Shown here piece by piece: positions 7,146 to 16,497 of a DNA stretch of 64,000 bases; the stretch's first letter is position 1, and every line of letters begins with the position of its first letter. Made by a program: the position numbers and the translations under genes. A model generated the notes under the pieces. The model saw nothing but the letters and a program-made list of their open reading frames with translations. It made no database searches and was not told where the DNA came from. The DNA comes from Candidatus Cloacimonadota bacterium (GTDB lineage Bacteria; Cloacimonadota; Cloacimonadia; Cloacimonadales; TCS61): positions 36-64,035 of the forward strand of contig JAIPGP010000007.1 in the NCBI GenBank assembly GCA_021735645.1, given 5' to 3'.

Positions 7146-10100
7146 TTATTTCATTAATACGCATTTCTTAGTAGTAGTGTGCCGCTTAGATTTCAGTTTA
7201 TAGAAATATACGCCACTACTAACTTGATTATTATTTTCGTCTCTGCCATTCCAGACCCTGTCATAACTCCCTACCTGCAGATAACAGGCAACTATTGTCT
7301 TCACCTTAGCTCCCTTAATATTATATACTGCCAGTTCTATTTCAGCAGCCTGCGGCAGTGAGAAACTGAACATGGTCTCAGGGTTAAATGGGTTAGGATA
7401 ATTTGCCCTGAGTATGGGCATTCCCGCAATAAGGTCAGCTTCATCAGTTCCTGTGAAACTATCAGGAGGTTCTGTGGTGTATTTAATAGCCAGACCAGCC
7501 TGCAGAGGAGTTGCAGAAGCAGGATAAAGACTGGCATGAGAATATAATACACCATCTTCCTGGTGAGGTCCTTCTATACCAATTGTACAGAAATTATCAT
7601 CATAATCAGGGTTATTAACTGTGTTATAATTCACCTGAATAATGCCATTACCGCTATCAGTGGGATAGCCCGTCGGGTCATAGAGCACGATTTCAAAGAG
7701 TTCTACAGAAAGACTATCTTCACGGTTTACCGCATTACTCCATTCTATCACGAAATAGTCTGCAGCAGTATTATAATAGTAGCAAAGCCGTATATCTTCC
7801 ACTCCATCACCGGCACCGATCAGATCATCCCAGTAGGCACATACCTGAGCATCTGCGCCCAGCGCACTCGGTATGATCCAGTTACGGAAATAATGCTGCC
7901 AGGTTGTCTTAAAGGAAATCCAGCCATTTGAACATACCGTTAAACTGTCATACACTTCGCCAAAATAAGTGAAATCAAAAGGAATATCAATATTATTAGA
8001 CTGATCGTCGCTCATTAAGATCACATCTCCCGGTCCACCTTCATCAGGATCAATCTCTTCCCAGAAATATACCGGGGCTTCATTATAAGCAGTATCAAAA
8101 CTGTCATAAGCATAATATCCGCCCAGACATGGTCCGGTGGGGTCTGTATTGGTTACTACACCTATTGTAATATAGAAAGTAGTTTCATATATTCTGCCGG
8201 CCTCATCTTCCAGATGCAGATATATTCCAGCATCTCTGCCATTGAAACCATCCGCTTCAGCAGTGAGATTAAATACTGCTTCAGCACTCGCTCCAGCAGC
8301 CAGATCATTCAAAGAGGCAGTAGCATTATTTACCGTTAAAGCAGTAGTGGCAGAAGTGATCGTAGCTGTCAGGTTAGTAGCTGTCACGCTGCTGGTATTG
8401 GCAATTGTCACTGTAATATCAGAAGTTTCTCCTGGTTCCAGCACGCCATTAGCATCATTAACCACAATTTGACCTGGTATTAAGACAAAATTGGCAACTG
8501 TAAGCGGGAATTTTATCACATTATCAATACCGTCAAATGTCATAAAGAAGGATAATTCATAGCCATTCAGGCATTCACCGGAGATAAGCATCTCAACCGA
8601 TACAGTTGCTGAAGAGCCGGGGTCAAGAGTCCCGAATTCAAAGTCTTCGGAAAGAATCTCTGCCATACCGGTCAATTCAGAGAGTTCTGCCAGGAAAGGA
8701 CTGCTTTCGCTGCCTTGATTAGTAAGAGTAATATCCACAGTAACTGAAGAACCAGCTAAGATTTCGCTGGCAGGCACAACAGCCGTGATCACCGGGTCTA
8801 TAGCTGCTTCTGATACTTCCACACTGGCAAATAATGGCAGATGGTTTACAGCGGTTACCGTTACATCAATATTCCCTTCTGTCTCTGCATTAAAATATAA
8901 TGTAGCAGAATGATCTCTCACAAATTCTGTGACCAGAAATTCATCACCTTTACGTGCCGTTACCATTCCATTGGCTATTTCAGGAATATATATGTCCAGG
9001 TAGCCCTGACCCAGGCAGATTTCTGCTGGCAGGTCACAGCTCATTGGGGCAGGAGTTTTTGTCCACATGCACAAAGACGGGTCTCCGAGAATATTATAGA
9101 CATAAAAATAGAATTCCACAAAATCACCAGTGCCATGAATCAAAGGAAAGCTTTCATAAAGCTCCATTTTTCCACGCAGCACTGCTGTACCAAAGGTATG
9201 AATACCTTCGTCCAGCAAACCTTGATAAAACCCGCCAAATATGGCATTATTATATTTAGTTTTTGTATTTAGATCAGAAGGCCCTACAAATACCACACCA
9301 CCCTTAGGATTAGAGGTATTTCCCGCCGTCAGCCAGAGCTCTCCAAAGCAGGGGTCCACGTTTACATTGGCAAAATCTCCCGTATTACAGACAATAGAAG
9401 TCATCACAGGGAGATACAAGCCGTTTGTGAGTTCTAATATATTTTCAGTATGGAAATAAGGATAGTTCCAGCCCCAGACATTACCCCAGCCACGGTAGGT
9501 TACTATACCCGCACCAGCATTAATAGCATTTTTAATTTCTGTTGTACCGGGGTAAGTGGGATAGTCTGGCCACCAGTAATATATTTCCGTTATATCATCA
9601 TAGCCATAATCGGCAGCTTTTTCTGCCAGCCACATACTGGTAGTCACTGGGGTTTCAGGAATAATATAATCACCATAGTTTCCTGCTACCACTACCATTC
9701 TCTCAAACCAGCCCGGATCATCCATATACGGTGTTTTTTCATAGAGGAGAACCTTGGAAATAATGGTATTCAAATTATCTGCCTGGTCAATAGAGAAGCG
9801 TCCCACTATCATTTCAGGGAAATAATCATCGCCATCCAGTAAAGTGTAGGGATGATCAGTCACATCATTTTCGGATGAGTGATAATAAGAAGGAACCGCA
9901 AATACCCCACTCACGTCACCGATTATCAGCAGATAATCCGGCGGGTGTTCTTCAGTGTCATATACATTCTGAATATAGTTTTTTATCTCAGTTACAGAAT
10001 TGCCAATATCACTCTTCAATACTACTTCGGTGGCAATACCGCGCTCATTTTTCCAGTTCGTAAAATAGCTCAGATTATTCAGCCCTGTATGCGAAATGAT

Positions 10101-10607
10101 CAGCATTTTGGCAGGCATCTCGCTCAGGTTGCGTAAATATGATGTTTCATAATTATCTACAATTTTACTATACAAAGGGGCAAAAACAGAAGATATTGAG
10201 TCAAAAGTCTCTATTTCGCCTTCTGCCTGCAATCTGATTACAGCATTATCAAGTACAAAATTATTCCCTGCTTCTTCGCCTCTCGTTTCTATACGGATAC
10301 GGTGCATGATCAAATCACGCATCACCATGGTTTCTTCCAGCTCGATTCTCCCGGAGGCCAGGCTGAGTCCACTTTCTAGCAGATTGCCGGTATTATCAAA
10401 CAGGCTCACATTAGAATTGAGCAATTCCAGACTCACTTCCCGGGCAGGAAATGCCACGGTGCTGTAATATACTCCATTTTCGGCAGAAAATTCACTGCTG
10501 TTTGTGAGGTGAATATCAAGATGATCAAGGGCAGGTTCATAACTAATTGCTGCATTCATGTAGAATGCCAGCATTAGAAGAAATATAATAATGAAATTCC
10601 GCTTCAC
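7146..10607 (-). CDS. peptidase C25 (gingipain) family protein with T9SS C-terminal sorting domain, paralog A
   Basis: 1153-aa ORF with a GTG start and AAGGAG SD. Signal peptide MKRNFIIIFLLMLAFYMNA. The core VTYRGWGNVWGW...LPVMTSIVCNTGDF...NILGDPSL aligns by eye with the RgpB catalytic region. The C-terminus NYPNPFNPETMFSF..AVYNIKGAKV..GVYFYKLK..KKCVLMK is a type-A T9SS CTD. Confidence 0.8.
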   Translation of the reverse strand: MKRNFIIIFLLMLAFYMNAAISYEPALDHLDIHLTNSSEFSAENGVYYSTVAFPAREVSLELLNSNVSLFDNTGNLLESGLSLASGRIELEETMVMRDLIMHRIRIETRGEEAGNNFVLDNAVIRLQAEGEIETFDSISSVFAPLYSKIVDNYETSYLRNLSEMPAKMLIISHTGLNNLSYFTNWKNERGIATEVVLKSDIGNSVTEIKNYIQNVYDTEEHPPDYLLIIGDVSGVFAVPSYYHSSENDVTDHPYTLLDGDDYFPEMIVGRFSIDQADNLNTIISKVLLYEKTPYMDDPGWFERMVVVAGNYGDYIIPETPVTTSMWLAEKAADYGYDDITEIYYWWPDYPTYPGTTEIKNAINAGAGIVTYRGWGNVWGWNYPYFHTENILELTNGLYLPVMTSIVCNTGDFANVNVDPCFGELWLTAGNTSNPKGGVVFVGPSDLNTKTKYNNAIFGGFYQGLLDEGIHTFGTAVLRGKMELYESFPLIHGTGDFVEFYFYVYNILGDPSLCMWTKTPAPMSCDLPAEICLGQGYLDIYIPEIANGMVTARKGDEFLVTEFVRDHSATLYFNAETEGNIDVTVTAVNHLPLFASVEVSEAAIDPVITAVVPASEILAGSSVTVDITLTNQGSESSPFLAELSELTGMAEILSEDFEFGTLDPGSSATVSVEMLISGECLNGYELSFFMTFDGIDNVIKFPLTVANFVLIPGQIVVNDANGVLEPGETSDITVTIANTSSVTATNLTATITSATTALTVNNATASLNDLAAGASAEAVFNLTAEADGFNGRDAGIYLHLEDEAGRIYETTFYITIGVVTNTDPTGPCLGGYYAYDSFDTAYNEAPVYFWEEIDPDEGGPGDVILMSDDQSNNIDIPFDFTYFGEVYDSLTVCSNGWISFKTTWQHYFRNWIIPSALGADAQVCAYWDDLIGAGDGVEDIRLCYYYNTAADYFVIEWSNAVNREDSLSVELFEIVLYDPTGYPTDSGNGIIQVNYNTVNNPDYDDNFCTIGIEGPHQEDGVLYSHASLYPASATPLQAGLAIKYTTEPPDSFTGTDEADLIAGMPILRANYPNPFNPETMFSFSLPQAAEIELAVYNIKGAKVKTIVACYLQVGSYDRVWNGRDENNNQVSSGVYFYKLKSKRHTTTKKCVLMK

Positions 10608-10656
10608 ATTTACTCCTTAGTTTCTCTGATCATGATATCCATTTCACTTTATTATC

Positions 10657-10685
10657 CAGCAGGGGAAAGCTGGTTTCCCCTGCTG
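10657..10685 (-). terminator. 12-bp GC-rich hairpin after C25 paralog B (copy of the 7108 hairpin)
   Basis: CAGCAGGGGAAA-gctgg-TTTCCCCTGCTG lies 8 nt below the stop at 10693. It has the same stem as 7108..7139, so it belongs to the duplicated unit. There is no U-tract. Confidence 0.35.
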
Positions 10686-10692
10686 AGATTAT

Positions 10693-13600
10693 TTATTTCA
10701 TCAATACGCATTTCTTGGTAGTAGTATGCCGCTCAGTTTTCAGTTTATAAAAATACACGCCACTACTTACCTGGTTATTACTTTCATCTCTGCCATTCCA
10801 GACCTTGTCATGATTTCCAGCTTCCAGATATCCTGAAACAATGGTTTTCACTTTTGCTCCCTTGATATTATAAACTGCCAGTTCAATATTGGCAGCCTGG
10901 GGCAGTGAGAAACTGAAAGTAGTTTCAGGATTAAAAGGATTAGGATAATTCGCCATTAGAACAGGCATTTCAGGTAACAGATTTTCATCTTCACCGGTAA
11001 AATCATCCGGAGCTTCTGTAGTATATTTAATTGCCAGTCCGTTTTGCAGCGGAGTAGCTGATGCCGGATAAAGATCGGCATGAGAATATAATACACCATC
11101 TTCCTGATGAGGTCCTTCTATACCTATGGTAGAGTAATTATCATCATTATCAGGATTATTAATAGTATGATAATTCACCTGAATAATACCATTTCCACTA
11201 GTGGTTTGATGTTCTGCCGGATCATAAAGCACTATTTCAAAAAGCTCAACTGAAAGATTATCTTCGCGGTTCACTGCATTGCTCCATTCAATCACGAAAT
11301 AATTTTCAGCAGTATTATAATAATAGCAAAGCCGTATATCTTCCACACCTCCGCCAACACCGATCAGATCATCCCAGTAGGCACATACCTGAGCATTTGC
11401 ACCCAGTGCGCTCGGTATGATCCAGTTACGGAAATAACTCTGCCAGGTTGTCTCAAAAGATATCCAGCCATTAGAACATACCGTTAAACTGTCATATACT
11501 TCGCCAAAGTAAGTGAAATCAAAAGGAATATCAATATTATTGGACTGATCATCCGTCATTAATATCACTTCTCCCAGACCACCTTCTTCGGGATCAATCT
11601 CTTCCCAGAAATATTCCGGGGCTTCATTATAAGCAGTATCAAAACTGTCATAAGCATAATATCCGCCCAGACATGGTCCGGTGGGGTCTGCATTGGTTAC
11701 TACACCTATTGTTAAATAAAAAGTAGTTTCATATATTCTGCCGGCATCATCTTCCAGATGCAGATAGACTCCAGCATCCCTGCCATTAAAGCCACCAGCT
11801 TGGGCAGTAAGATTAAATACTGCCTCAGCACTTGCTCCACCCGTCAGATCACCCAGAGAGGCAGTAGCATTATTAACCGATAAAGCAGTAGTGGCAGAAG
11901 TGATCGTAGCTGTCAGGTTAGTAGCTGTCACGCTGCTGGTATTGGCAATTGTCACTGTAATATCAGAAGTTTCTCCTGGTTCCAGGACGCCATTAGCATC
12001 ATTAACCACAATTTGACCTGGCATTAAGACAAAATTATCAACAGTAAGCGGGAATTTAATCTCATTATCAATGCCGTCAAATGTCATAAAGAAAGATAAT
12101 TCATAGCCATTCAGGCATTCACCCGAGATAAGTAAATCTACCGATACAGTTGCCGAGGAGCCGGGGTCAAGAGTCCCGAATTCAAGGTCTTCTGTAAGTA
12201 TTTCTGCCATACCGGTCAATTCAGAGAGTTCTGCCAGGAAAGGGCTGCTTTCGCTGCCTTGATTAGCAAGGGTAATATCCACAGAAACTGAAGAGCCAGC
12301 TAATATTTCGCTGTCAGGCACAACAGCCGTGATCACCGGATCGATGGCTGCTTCTGATACTTCCACACTGGCAAATAGTGGCAGGTGATTTACAGCGGTT
12401 ACCGTTACATCTATATTTCCTTCTGTCTCTGCATTAAAATATAATGTAGCAGAATGATCTCTCACAAATTCTGTTACCAGAAATTCATCGCCTTTACGTG
12501 CCGTTACCATCCCATTGGCTATTTCAGGAACATATATATCCAGATAGCCTTGACCCAGACTGATTTCTGCTGGCAGGTCACAGCTCATTGGAGTGGGAGT
12601 CTTAGTCCATATACTCAAAGAAGGGTCTCCCAGAATATTATAGACATAATAATAGAATTCCACATTATCACCCGCACCATGGTTCAAAGGGAAGCTTTTA
12701 TAAAGTTCTGTTTTTCCGCGCAGCACCGCAGTACCAAAGGTATGAATACCTTCGTCCAGCAAGCCTTGATAAAACCCGCCAAAAATAGCATTATTATATC
12801 TGGTTTTAGTATGCAGATCAGAAGGACCTACAAATACCACACCACCCTTGGGATTAGAGGTGTTACCGGCGGTCAGCCAGAGTTCTCCAAAGCAGGGGTC
12901 CACATTAGCATTGGCAAAATCCCCCGTATTACAGACAATAGAAGTCATCACAGGGAGATACAAGCCGTTTGTGAGTTCTAATATATTTTCAGTATGGAAA
13001 TAAGGATAGTTCCAGCCCCAGGCATTACCCCAGCCACGGTAGGTTACTATACCCGCACCAGCATTAATAGCATTTTTAATTTCTGTTGTACCGGGGTAAG
13101 TGGGATAGTCTGGCCACCAGTAATATATTTCCGTTATATCATCATAGCCATAATCAGCAGCTTTTTCAGCCAGCCACATACTGGTTGTTACTGGAGTAGT
13201 AGGAGGAGGTGGAGTATCGCTATAGTTCCCAGCTACTATAACCATCCGCTCAAACCATCCTGGGTCTGTCATATATGGTGTTTTTTCATAATGGAGAACC
13301 TTGGAAACAATAGTATTCAAATTATCTGACTGGTCAATAGAGAAGCGTCCCACTATCATTTCAGGGAAATAATCATCGCCATCCAGTAAAGTGTAGGGAT
13401 GATCAGTCACATCATTTTCGGACGAATGATAATACGAAGGGACAGCAAATGCCCCATTCACGTCACCGATTATCAGCAGATAATCCGGCGGGTGTTCTTC
13501 AGTGTCATAAATATTCTGAACATAGTCTTTTATCTCAGATACTGTATTGCCAATATCGCTTTTCATCACTACTTCCGTAGCAATACCACGCTCATTTTTC

Positions 13601-14154
13601 CAATTTGTAAAATAGCTGAGATTATTCAATCCGGTATGCGAAATAATCAGCATCTTGGCTGGCATCTCGCTCAGGTTGCGTAAATAAGAGGTATCATAAT
13701 TATCTACAATTTTACTATATAAAGGGGCAAACACAGAAGAAACTGTTTCAAAAGTCTCAATTTCGCCTTCTGCCTGCAATCTGATTACAGCATTATCAAG
13801 AACAAAATTATTCCTGGCTTCTTCGCCTCTTGTTTCTATACGGATACGGTGCATGATCAAATCACGCATCACCATGGTTTCTTCCAGCTCAATTCTCCCG
13901 GAAGCCAGGCTGAGTCCACTTTCTATCAGATTGCCGGTATTATCAAACAGACTCACTTCAGAATTGAGCACTTCCAGGTTGACTTCCCGGGCAGGAAATG
14001 CCACTGTACAGTAATATACTCCGTTTTCGGTTGCCAATTCGCTGCCGTTTGTGAGTTGAATATCAAGATGATCAAGGGCATTTTCATAGCTGACAGCAGC
14101 ATTAAGCATGCCTGCCAGTACCAGCATAACTATTATAAATAACTTATGTTTCAT
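10693..14154 (-). CDS. peptidase C25 (gingipain) family protein with T9SS C-terminal sorting domain, paralog B
   Basis: 1153-aa ORF with an ATG start and AAGGAGA SD. It is collinear with paralog A along its full length with high identity by eye. It has the same RGWG / IVCNTGDF / LGDPSL motifs and the same kind of T9SS CTD. Confidence 0.8.
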   Translation of the reverse strand: MKHKLFIIVMLVLAGMLNAAVSYENALDHLDIQLTNGSELATENGVYYCTVAFPAREVNLEVLNSEVSLFDNTGNLIESGLSLASGRIELEETMVMRDLIMHRIRIETRGEEARNNFVLDNAVIRLQAEGEIETFETVSSVFAPLYSKIVDNYDTSYLRNLSEMPAKMLIISHTGLNNLSYFTNWKNERGIATEVVMKSDIGNTVSEIKDYVQNIYDTEEHPPDYLLIIGDVNGAFAVPSYYHSSENDVTDHPYTLLDGDDYFPEMIVGRFSIDQSDNLNTIVSKVLHYEKTPYMTDPGWFERMVIVAGNYSDTPPPPTTPVTTSMWLAEKAADYGYDDITEIYYWWPDYPTYPGTTEIKNAINAGAGIVTYRGWGNAWGWNYPYFHTENILELTNGLYLPVMTSIVCNTGDFANANVDPCFGELWLTAGNTSNPKGGVVFVGPSDLHTKTRYNNAIFGGFYQGLLDEGIHTFGTAVLRGKTELYKSFPLNHGAGDNVEFYYYVYNILGDPSLSIWTKTPTPMSCDLPAEISLGQGYLDIYVPEIANGMVTARKGDEFLVTEFVRDHSATLYFNAETEGNIDVTVTAVNHLPLFASVEVSEAAIDPVITAVVPDSEILAGSSVSVDITLANQGSESSPFLAELSELTGMAEILTEDLEFGTLDPGSSATVSVDLLISGECLNGYELSFFMTFDGIDNEIKFPLTVDNFVLMPGQIVVNDANGVLEPGETSDITVTIANTSSVTATNLTATITSATTALSVNNATASLGDLTGGASAEAVFNLTAQAGGFNGRDAGVYLHLEDDAGRIYETTFYLTIGVVTNADPTGPCLGGYYAYDSFDTAYNEAPEYFWEEIDPEEGGLGEVILMTDDQSNNIDIPFDFTYFGEVYDSLTVCSNGWISFETTWQSYFRNWIIPSALGANAQVCAYWDDLIGVGGGVEDIRLCYYYNTAENYFVIEWSNAVNREDNLSVELFEIVLYDPAEHQTTSGNGIIQVNYHTINNPDNDDNYSTIGIEGPHQEDGVLYSHADLYPASATPLQNGLAIKYTTEAPDDFTGEDENLLPEMPVLMANYPNPFNPETTFSFSLPQAANIELAVYNIKGAKVKTIVSGYLEAGNHDKVWNGRDESNNQVSSGVYFYKLKTERHTTTKKCVLMK

Positions 14155-14167
14155 ATTTTCTCCTTGT

Positions 14168-16456
14168 TTATCTGATCAGGATCATTTTACGGTTTATAAT
14201 TTCTGAATCGGTTTTTAACTGATAGAAATATACACCGCTGGCTGTTGTCTGTCCGGCATTGTTTCTACCGTCCCAGCTTATAGTATATTTTCCGGCAGGT
14301 ACAGTTTCTGATACCAGTGAGCGGACCTTTTGTCCCCTCAGGTTATAGACACTAAGTTCCACTTCACCAGCCTGAGAAATAGAATAATCTATTTTACAAG
14401 TTCCTATTCTGCTATTATTTGCATAAAATGGATTAGGATAACTCACGCCCAGGGCAGTTACTGCCGGCAATTCACTTTCCTGCTGGTCAACTGCTGTAGC
14501 AGAAACCAGCTTCATCTCGCCTATCCACCAGCCGGGATCATCAAGGCTGTCATCTGTGCTCAGCCTAAAGCGTATCCGTGAATATGTATCCACATAATCA
14601 CTCAGATCAATGTAATCATACTTCCAGCTTCTCACACCGGACAGGGTTTTCACCTGCTGCCATATATCACTGCCGTCAGGTTTGATCTCAATATAGCAGA
14701 AATCATAACCGTGCTCTGTATGATAGTTGTTCATAACCTTCAAACTCAGTTCACTGGCACCATGCAAATTGAAGAAGCCTTCAATTTCCAAAGTGCTTTC
14801 TGATGAATTTTGATAAAAACGGTTGGGTGTATCTTTTGCGGCAGGAACGCCATAAATAGGATCTGCACCAATATACCAGTCACCATCCACAACCCACTGT
14901 GAGAAATCACCGCTCCAGTCCTCGCTGAACAGCACTACTTCCGGCTCCATAACAATATTATAATTATTCTCACCTGCTGCCAGATCAATACTGACAAATT
15001 TAGTGGTATAGCCTTCTGCACTTAGCACAAATTCTGCTGTTCCTTCCCACCAGTCGATTTCATAATTCTGCTCATCTACCGCAACACCAAATATTTCATC
15101 ACCCATTTCATGAAGAACTATAATAGACAAGGGTGTTGGTGTTCCAGAAAACGATACTGACCCGGATAAAGTTGCATCTGCCAAAGGCTGCAAAGCCACA
15201 TCACGGACTGTCTGTACCATATTGCTCACATAGACTGATTGAACATTATCTGCATAACCTTTCTTGCGGACATGCAAAGTATAACTTCTCGCTGCACAAA
15301 TCCACCAGTAGCGCCCATAAAGTTCATCACTAAAACGGGGAGTGAAGGAAGGGGCATTTCTTTCTTCAATTATATATTCTGCCTGAAGAGGTTCTCCAGT
15401 TACAGCATCAGTGATAATACCCTTAAGCAGGGCTTTATCGTCGGATTGATAACCCAATACCCGGTTCATCATATGATAAGGTGCCACCTTGCAGCGCTCA
15501 ATGGTATCCAGCAGAATCTCGGGTCCCGGCTGCAAATTAGAGGTTCCCGCCTCAATCTCAAACTGCAAAGTGCCATATTCATTATAAAACCAGTCATGAG
15601 CTTTGGAATTTCTGCCTTCGGTCGGAAAGGGCTGGTAATATCCCGAACCGGTCTGATTTTCAATCATATAAGCTATTGTAGCAGCATAGGCAGCATTAAA
15701 TTCCAAATCCACGCAAGGCTTCTGTTGCTCCCAGTTCCAGGGATAATATACCTTCTCGGAAAGATTACCCGTTCGCGATGAATGCCAGGCTATTGAAAGG
15801 ATAAAGTGCTGCTCATCTGCGAGTTGTTTCACATACTGCGCTTCCGGTTCTGAAAAGGGTGAAGGTCCCCGGTAGTAATCATAAAGTTCATTACCGCCAG
15901 GAGTATATAATGTATCACTGTGTACCCAGTTGAAGTCATAATTCCGGTTCAGGTCCACTCCATCAACATCATGTCCGACACCTACCACAAAATCAAATAT
16001 GCCATTGTTATTTGTATCAGACTTATTCTTACGGTATGATGTATCCCATTCATCGGTTACCACCTGTAATCCTTCGGGATTATGGGTCGGTACTATCCAG
16101 ATTTCTATATTATTTATCAATGTAGTGTAATAGGTAGTATTGTGGTATAACAGCATTTCATGGATCATAGCCATACAGATTTCCACACCCATAACTTCTT
16201 CGGCATGGCACTGTCCCAAAAACAGGACTGCGGGTTCATCTTCATCTACTGTCACGTTATCAGATATCTTCACAGCTAATACGGGCAACCCATCTGTGGC
16301 AGTCACACCCAGTTCACGTACCATCATTATATCGGGATACTGCTGCTGCAGCGAATCCAGTTCAGCAGCAATTTCTGCATTATTATGATATATCGGGTCA
16401 AGTCCCCAGATATTCAGGACTGCCAGCAATATCATCAGCAATATTATTCTTTTCAT
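14168..16456 (-). CDS. M14 family zinc carboxypeptidase with T9SS C-terminal sorting domain
   Basis: 762-aa ORF with a signal peptide. It has the HxxE zinc motif (GQCHAEEVMG), NPEG, NRNYDFNW, and IAWHSS (the third zinc ligand region). A carboxypeptidase-regulatory-like segment follows (GIITDAVTGEPL). The C-terminus SYPNPF...LSVYNLRGQKV...GVYFYQLK is a CTD. Confidence 0.8.
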   Translation of the reverse strand: MKRIILLMILLAVLNIWGLDPIYHNNAEIAAELDSLQQQYPDIMMVRELGVTATDGLPVLAVKISDNVTVDEDEPAVLFLGQCHAEEVMGVEICMAMIHEMLLYHNTTYYTTLINNIEIWIVPTHNPEGLQVVTDEWDTSYRKNKSDTNNNGIFDFVVGVGHDVDGVDLNRNYDFNWVHSDTLYTPGGNELYDYYRGPSPFSEPEAQYVKQLADEQHFILSIAWHSSRTGNLSEKVYYPWNWEQQKPCVDLEFNAAYAATIAYMIENQTGSGYYQPFPTEGRNSKAHDWFYNEYGTLQFEIEAGTSNLQPGPEILLDTIERCKVAPYHMMNRVLGYQSDDKALLKGIITDAVTGEPLQAEYIIEERNAPSFTPRFSDELYGRYWWICAARSYTLHVRKKGYADNVQSVYVSNMVQTVRDVALQPLADATLSGSVSFSGTPTPLSIIVLHEMGDEIFGVAVDEQNYEIDWWEGTAEFVLSAEGYTTKFVSIDLAAGENNYNIVMEPEVVLFSEDWSGDFSQWVVDGDWYIGADPIYGVPAAKDTPNRFYQNSSESTLEIEGFFNLHGASELSLKVMNNYHTEHGYDFCYIEIKPDGSDIWQQVKTLSGVRSWKYDYIDLSDYVDTYSRIRFRLSTDDSLDDPGWWIGEMKLVSATAVDQQESELPAVTALGVSYPNPFYANNSRIGTCKIDYSISQAGEVELSVYNLRGQKVRSLVSETVPAGKYTISWDGRNNAGQTTASGVYFYQLKTDSEIINRKMILIR

Positions 16457-16497
16457 AGTCTCACCTGTTCCCTGTCTTTTGTACGTTAGGACTGTGA

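Noticed and set aside
8910-13683. Multiple plus-strand ORFs of 60-175 aa inside the C25 genes (e.g. 8910..9272, 9450..9842, 12454..12981, 12994..13329, 13399..13683)
   Set aside because: They are fully nested antisense to long, motif-rich minus-strand genes. They are duplicated together with them, have low-complexity composition, and lack SD sequences.
7146-14154. Interpreting the 1153-aa C25 proteins as the T9SS sortase PorU (similar length, C25 family, CTD-like end)
   Set aside because: There are two tandem near-identical copies, no adjacent porV-like partner, and a standard cargo-type CTD. These fit secreted cargo proteases better. This cannot be excluded without profile searches, so it is noted only.
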